64,000 nucleotides of DNA from NCBI GenBank assembly GCA_964482515.1, contig CAYZXT010000001.1, positions 102,403 through 166,402 on the forward strand, written 5' to 3'. The notes beneath the pieces are model-generated. The model saw only the letters and a list, made by a program, of their open reading frames with translations, was not told the DNA's origin and made no database searches. The position numbers were made by a program, and so were the translations under genes. Every line of letters begins with the position of its first letter. Position 1 is the first letter of the stretch. Positions 60,657 through 64,000 of this stretch are shown here, in pieces. The stretch comes from an uncultured Elusimicrobia bacterium. GTDB lineage: Bacteria; Elusimicrobiota; Elusimicrobia; FEN-1173.

Positions 60657-61964
60657 ATGGCGTGCATGAAACGTTTGGCGTTTATGATGATTTGTTTGTT
60701 GGCGTTCGTCGTCCGGGGTTTCAGCGGCGATAAGTTGATCAACGTTCAGGGGAGGCTGTCGGATTCCCAGAACAATCCGCTCTCGGGCAACCGGGCCGTG
60801 ACCTTCCGGCTCTACAACAGCACCGCTGACCCGGTCGCCGCCCGCGTATGGGAGGATTCCATGAGCGTAAACTTCAGCAGCGGGATCTTCAACGTGGCGT
60901 TGGGCAAAGGGACCAACTCCTTGGACGCGACGCCCTTCAACAAGCTCTATTACCTCGGCATCCAGGTTTCCGGCGACGCCAACGAGATGAAGCCTCGGCA
61001 GCTCCTGGGCGCGTCGGCCTATTCCTTGGGGAGCCTGGGGGATTTCAACGTGAAAGGGAAGGTCGGCATCGGCACGACGAACCCCATCGCGCCTTTGGAG
61101 ATCATGAGCGACACGCTCCCGCAAGTCTTCCTCCGCCACAAAAGCCTGCCGAACTATTCCATGCTTATCAATAACTTCGGCGGATTCGAATTGTACCCCG
61201 GGGATTCCACCTCCACCTATAAGTTTTCCATCGCCGGCAGCGAGAAGATGCGGATCACGAACGACGGAAAGGTCGGGATTGGGACGACCGCGCCCCAGCA
61301 TAAGCTGCAGATCGTGGATTCTGTGAACGGGACCATGCGTGCGCAAATTCAAAACATCAACGTTTCAACCGGCCAATTCCGGCTCACCCACCTGGAAGTG
61401 CAAGGGAACAACGGCGCTCACCAGGTCGTCCTGCGGGCAGGCAGAGACGGCTCAAACAATCCATATGAGATGATTCACGGCGATAGCATGATTCAACTCG
61501 GCGTGGGCGGGATTGAACGCCTGCGCGTCAAAAATGGGATAGAGCCCGGAGCGGAGGGGACGACAGTAAAGATCAGCTCGCCTTGGACAGGAAGCCATGC
61601 CTATTACAGCTTCGTGGGCGGCTGGGATGGAAACGGCACCATGCAATTCGCCATTCGTGGGAACGGCGACTATTACCAGGTGTCCAGCCGGAACCTAAAA
61701 AGCGATATCCAGGGGCTGTCCGGGTCGTTGAACACCGTCTCACGTTTGAGCGGAGTGTCGTATAAGTTCAAAAAGGACATGCTTGGAAAACGAAAGATCG
61801 GTTTCATCGCGGAAGATCTGAAAGAGATCATCCCGGAAGCGGTGGACGAGGAAAGAATGATGGTCAACTATAGCGCCATCGTCCCGATGCTTGTGGAAAG
61901 CATCAAGGAATTAAAGGCAAAAGTGGAATATTTGGAAAAGAAATTGGCGGAGGCGCGGCCTTGA
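60657..61964 (+). CDS. tail-fibre-like exported protein with C-terminal peptidase S74 (intramolecular chaperone) domain
   Basis: ATG after AAGAGG. Signal peptide. N-module INVQGRLSDSQNNPLSGNRAVTFRLYN...VWEDS. C-terminus SSRNLKSDIQGL...GVSYKFK...IGFIAEDLKEIIPEAV...VNYSAIVPMLVESIKELKAK. Confidence 0.75.
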   Translation: MACMKRLAFMMICLLAFVVRGFSGDKLINVQGRLSDSQNNPLSGNRAVTFRLYNSTADPVAARVWEDSMSVNFSSGIFNVALGKGTNSLDATPFNKLYYLGIQVSGDANEMKPRQLLGASAYSLGSLGDFNVKGKVGIGTTNPIAPLEIMSDTLPQVFLRHKSLPNYSMLINNFGGFELYPGDSTSTYKFSIAGSEKMRITNDGKVGIGTTAPQHKLQIVDSVNGTMRAQIQNINVSTGQFRLTHLEVQGNNGAHQVVLRAGRDGSNNPYEMIHGDSMIQLGVGGIERLRVKNGIEPGAEGTTVKISSPWTGSHAYYSFVGGWDGNGTMQFAIRGNGDYYQVSSRNLKSDIQGLSGSLNTVSRLSGVSYKFKKDMLGKRKIGFIAEDLKEIIPEAVDEERMMVNYSAIVPMLVESIKELKAKVEYLEKKLAEARP

Positions 61965-62599
61965 TGCTGCGGCATTTGCCGCGTTTTGAGACTTTTTCCT
62001 TCGACCTCTTCCTCCAACGGAATATCGTCCATCTCATAAAACGGGGGAAAGGATTCATCGCCGGCCTGAAAAGCAGGCGGTTTCGCGCGGAGGATTATCC
62101 GGCGCTGCGGGTCGCGGCGTGGACACTTTGGGGGATATCGGGCGCGCTCGTTCTTTACGCGTTCGGAGATTTTTTCCGCGGCGTCTCCGATCCCCGGCGT
62201 CTTGGTATTGAAACGCTGTTCGCGGCGGGAGATAAATTTCCGAGCGAAAAATCATCAGGGCCGGAAATCCGGAACGATTCACTGGATTTGAAGGCGCTGG
62301 CCGGACGCAATCCCTTCCGCCCGCTCGCCGGAACGGAGCCCTCTAAGCCGCCGGTTCTCGTGCTTCCGCCCGCGCCGCCTCCGCCGCCGAAGGTGCCGAT
62401 CAAAGACAGGGCGGCGCGCCTGCGTTTGACGGGAATCCTGTCCGTCGACCCGGTCCAGGCCGTCCTGGAGGATGCGTCGGAGCAGCGCACGCTCTATCTG
62501 TCGGAAGGGGAATCCATCCACGGGTTGCTGGTGGAAAAAATCCTGCCGGGAAAGATCATCTTGAAATTCGAAGACGAACGGCTCGAGCTGCTTCTGTAA
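61964..62599 (+). CDS. membrane-anchored protein with Pro-rich linker and PilP/GspC-like C-terminal domain (putative secretin partner)
   Basis: One TM (AAWTLWGISGALVLYAF), a PPVLVLPPAPPPPPKVP linker, and a small beta-domain LTGILSVDPVQAVLED...LYLSEGESIHGLLVEKILPGKIILKF. It lies directly upstream of a secretin gene. Confidence 0.4.
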   Translation: MLRHLPRFETFSFDLFLQRNIVHLIKRGKGFIAGLKSRRFRAEDYPALRVAAWTLWGISGALVLYAFGDFFRGVSDPRRLGIETLFAAGDKFPSEKSSGPEIRNDSLDLKALAGRNPFRPLAGTEPSKPPVLVLPPAPPPPPKVPIKDRAARLRLTGILSVDPVQAVLEDASEQRTLYLSEGESIHGLLVEKILPGKIILKFEDERLELLL

Positions 62600-62608
62600 A
62601 GGAAGACC

Positions 62609-64000
62609 ATGAAAAAAGCCGCCCCTCTCATTTTCCTCGTGCATCTTCTGTTCCTTGGCGCCGGGTTCGCCGCGGACTCCTCCGTCAATCGGGAATCTTG
62701 GGGAAATCTGATGATCGAGCGGGGCGTGAAGCCCGGTGATCAGGTTTCTCCAGCGGAATGGAACCGTTTGTTGAACAGTCTTGTGGCTTTGGCCGCGGAT
62801 TCCGGCGAAGCGCCGGACCCCAGCATGTCGCCGGAACAGTGGCGGGTCCTGCTGGAGCGGGCGCGGATGCGGATGCCGTTGCCGGAAGCGCCGCCGATGG
62901 CCGTTTCCTCGGCTCCGGCCGGGATTTCGGGCGCGCTCACGCCGATCTACGCGGCTGAAGAGCCGAAGCCGGGAGCCCCGCCCACGGTGAGCGTTCCCGT
63001 GGTGGAAATGAACAATGCGGCTGGCGATGACTCTTCAGGGCTCAAGCCGGTTTCCCTCGATTTGAGGGAGATGGACATCGTGGAAGTGTTGAAGATACTT
63101 TCGCGGCAGAGCGGGCTCAACATCGTGGTGGGGAAGAACGTGGCGGGCCGCGTGACAGTCTTCCTGAACCAGGTGAATTTTTGGGACGCGCTGCGGACGA
63201 TCCTGGACACGCGGGATTTGGCCTACACGCGCGAAGGAGATTTGATCAAAGTCATGACGGAGCAGGATTACGAACAGGACTACGGCGAGCCCTTCGCCCC
63301 GAAAAAAATCCGCCGCAATTTCACCCTCGCGAACCTGCCGGCCCAGGCGGCGAAGTCGATGCTCGAGCCGCTGCGGGGACGGTCGGGGACTCTCCACGTC
63401 AACGAGGCCGACAACACGCTGGCGGCGGAGGACGGCCCCGCGCAGATCGCGCGGATGGAAAAACGTTTGTCAGAGATCGACGCGCCGGTCGCGTCGCGTG
63501 TCTTCGCGCTCAACCACGCCGCGGTGGACGATATCATGCCGAAGGTGAGCGGCCTGGTCAGCAAGGATTTCGGCAACATCCAGTCCGATAAGCGCTCCAA
63601 CACCATCGTGGTCAAGGACAATCCGGCTCGGATCCACGAGATTGAGGAGATCGTCAAGGCCTTCGACGTCCGGAACAAGGCTGTGCTTATCGAAGCCAAG
63701 ATCGTACAGGTGACGCTCAACGACAGTTTTCAATGGGGGATCAACTGGCAGGGAGTGGACTGGACTTATTTCTTCAACCGCATGCGGGACTATCGCGCGG
63801 GCGGGCGCGTGGCCCAGAACTTTCTGCTGGTGCCGCCGGAGACGGCGGCCGGTCTCCAGCCGACGGCCCGCGGGATCACCGCCACCGTTGGCGTCCTGGA
63901 GAAACCGAATTTCAGCGCGGTGATCAATTTCCTGAACACCGCGGGGACCACCAACCTGTTGTCGTCGCCGCGGGTCATGGCGCTGAACAACCAGGAAGCC
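62609..64000 (+). CDS. secretin (PilQ/GspD family), 3' end outside window
   Basis: Not in the ORF track because there is no stop in the window. I translated 464 codons from ATG 62609 (RBS AAGGAAG) without a stop. Signal peptide; N-domains (VSLDLREMDIVEVLKILSRQSGLNIVVG, NTIVVKDNPARIHEIEEIV); secretin-domain onset NLLSSPRVMALNNQEA. Confidence 0.8.
   Translation, partial: MKKAAPLIFLVHLLFLGAGFAADSSVNRESWGNLMIERGVKPGDQVSPAEWNRLLNSLVALAADSGEAPDPSMSPEQWRVLLERARMRMPLPEAPPMAVSSAPAGISGALTPIYAAEEPKPGAPPTVSVPVVEMNNAAGDDSSGLKPVSLDLREMDIVEVLKILSRQSGLNIVVGKNVAGRVTVFLNQVNFWDALRTILDTRDLAYTREGDLIKVMTEQDYEQDYGEPFAPKKIRRNFTLANLPAQAAKSMLEPLRGRSGTLHVNEADNTLAAEDGPAQIARMEKRLSEIDAPVASRVFALNHAAVDDIMPKVSGLVSKDFGNIQSDKRSNTIVVKDNPARIHEIEEIVKAFDVRNKAVLIEAKIVQVTLNDSFQWGINWQGVDWTYFFNRMRDYRAGGRVAQNFLLVPPETAAGLQPTARGITATVGVLEKPNFSAVINFLNTAGTTNLLSSPRVMALNNQEA

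Overview
This is a visibly GC-rich chromosomal window from a diderm bacterium. It encodes TolC, a secretin and beta-barrels ending in Phe, and its gene starts have strong Shine-Dalgarno sites. Taxonomy cannot be assigned from the sequence alone. A T9SS-type C-terminal sorting domain next to a PorV/PorQ-like gene hints at the FCB group or a related candidate phylum.

I can support about 50 protein genes, almost all on the + strand. I saw no rRNA, tRNA, CRISPR array, integrase or transposase.

Gene order across the window:
- TerC and UPF0016 membrane proteins, a desaturase, def, acs, a YqaA-like protein and a GT2.
- A 2342-aa secreted SpvB/FG-GAP/RHS protein (a Tc-toxin BC-fusion type) whose 3' tip and three downstream exported-protein genes are AT-richer.
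- An OMP, a GT2, uppP, then nifJ (PFOR) with a DHOD-like gene on the - strand.
- A His-rich membrane protein, a YceI-like protein, cydAB, a YidE/YbjL transporter and a Crp/Fnr regulator.
- A translationally coupled trio: DUF488, a short sigma-54-like protein, and an AAA+-only enhancer-binding-type protein.
- An Rrf2 regulator, a cysteine desulfurase and a radical SAM gene.
- A ~12 kb multihaem locus. It holds a monohaem c lipoprotein, an AhbD/NirJ-like protein, hemA, an MtrA-like decahaem, an MtrB/PioB-like barrel, a dihaem c, an 11-haem/cytochrome-b fusion, an octahaem, and NrfC-like and NrfD-like proteins.
- A second AT-richer island with a 1087-aa Fn3/NHL/LTD adhesin carrying a T9SS-type tail, a PorV-like protein, a C1q-like protein and a methyltransferase.
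- TetR, TolC-like and RND genes, a tail-fibre-like protein with an S74 chaperone domain, a PilP/GspC-like protein, and a 3'-truncated secretin.

The best candidate for an undescribed system is the porin-cytochrome locus at 36242-48427. It has two different inner-membrane quinone modules and no MtrC-type surface cytochrome. Next in interest are the RHS toxin tip with its cassette, the minimal sigma-54-like/bEBP operon, and a three-copy double-hairpin REP-like repeat with compensatory stem changes.

All family calls rest on motif recognition by eye. No searches were run.
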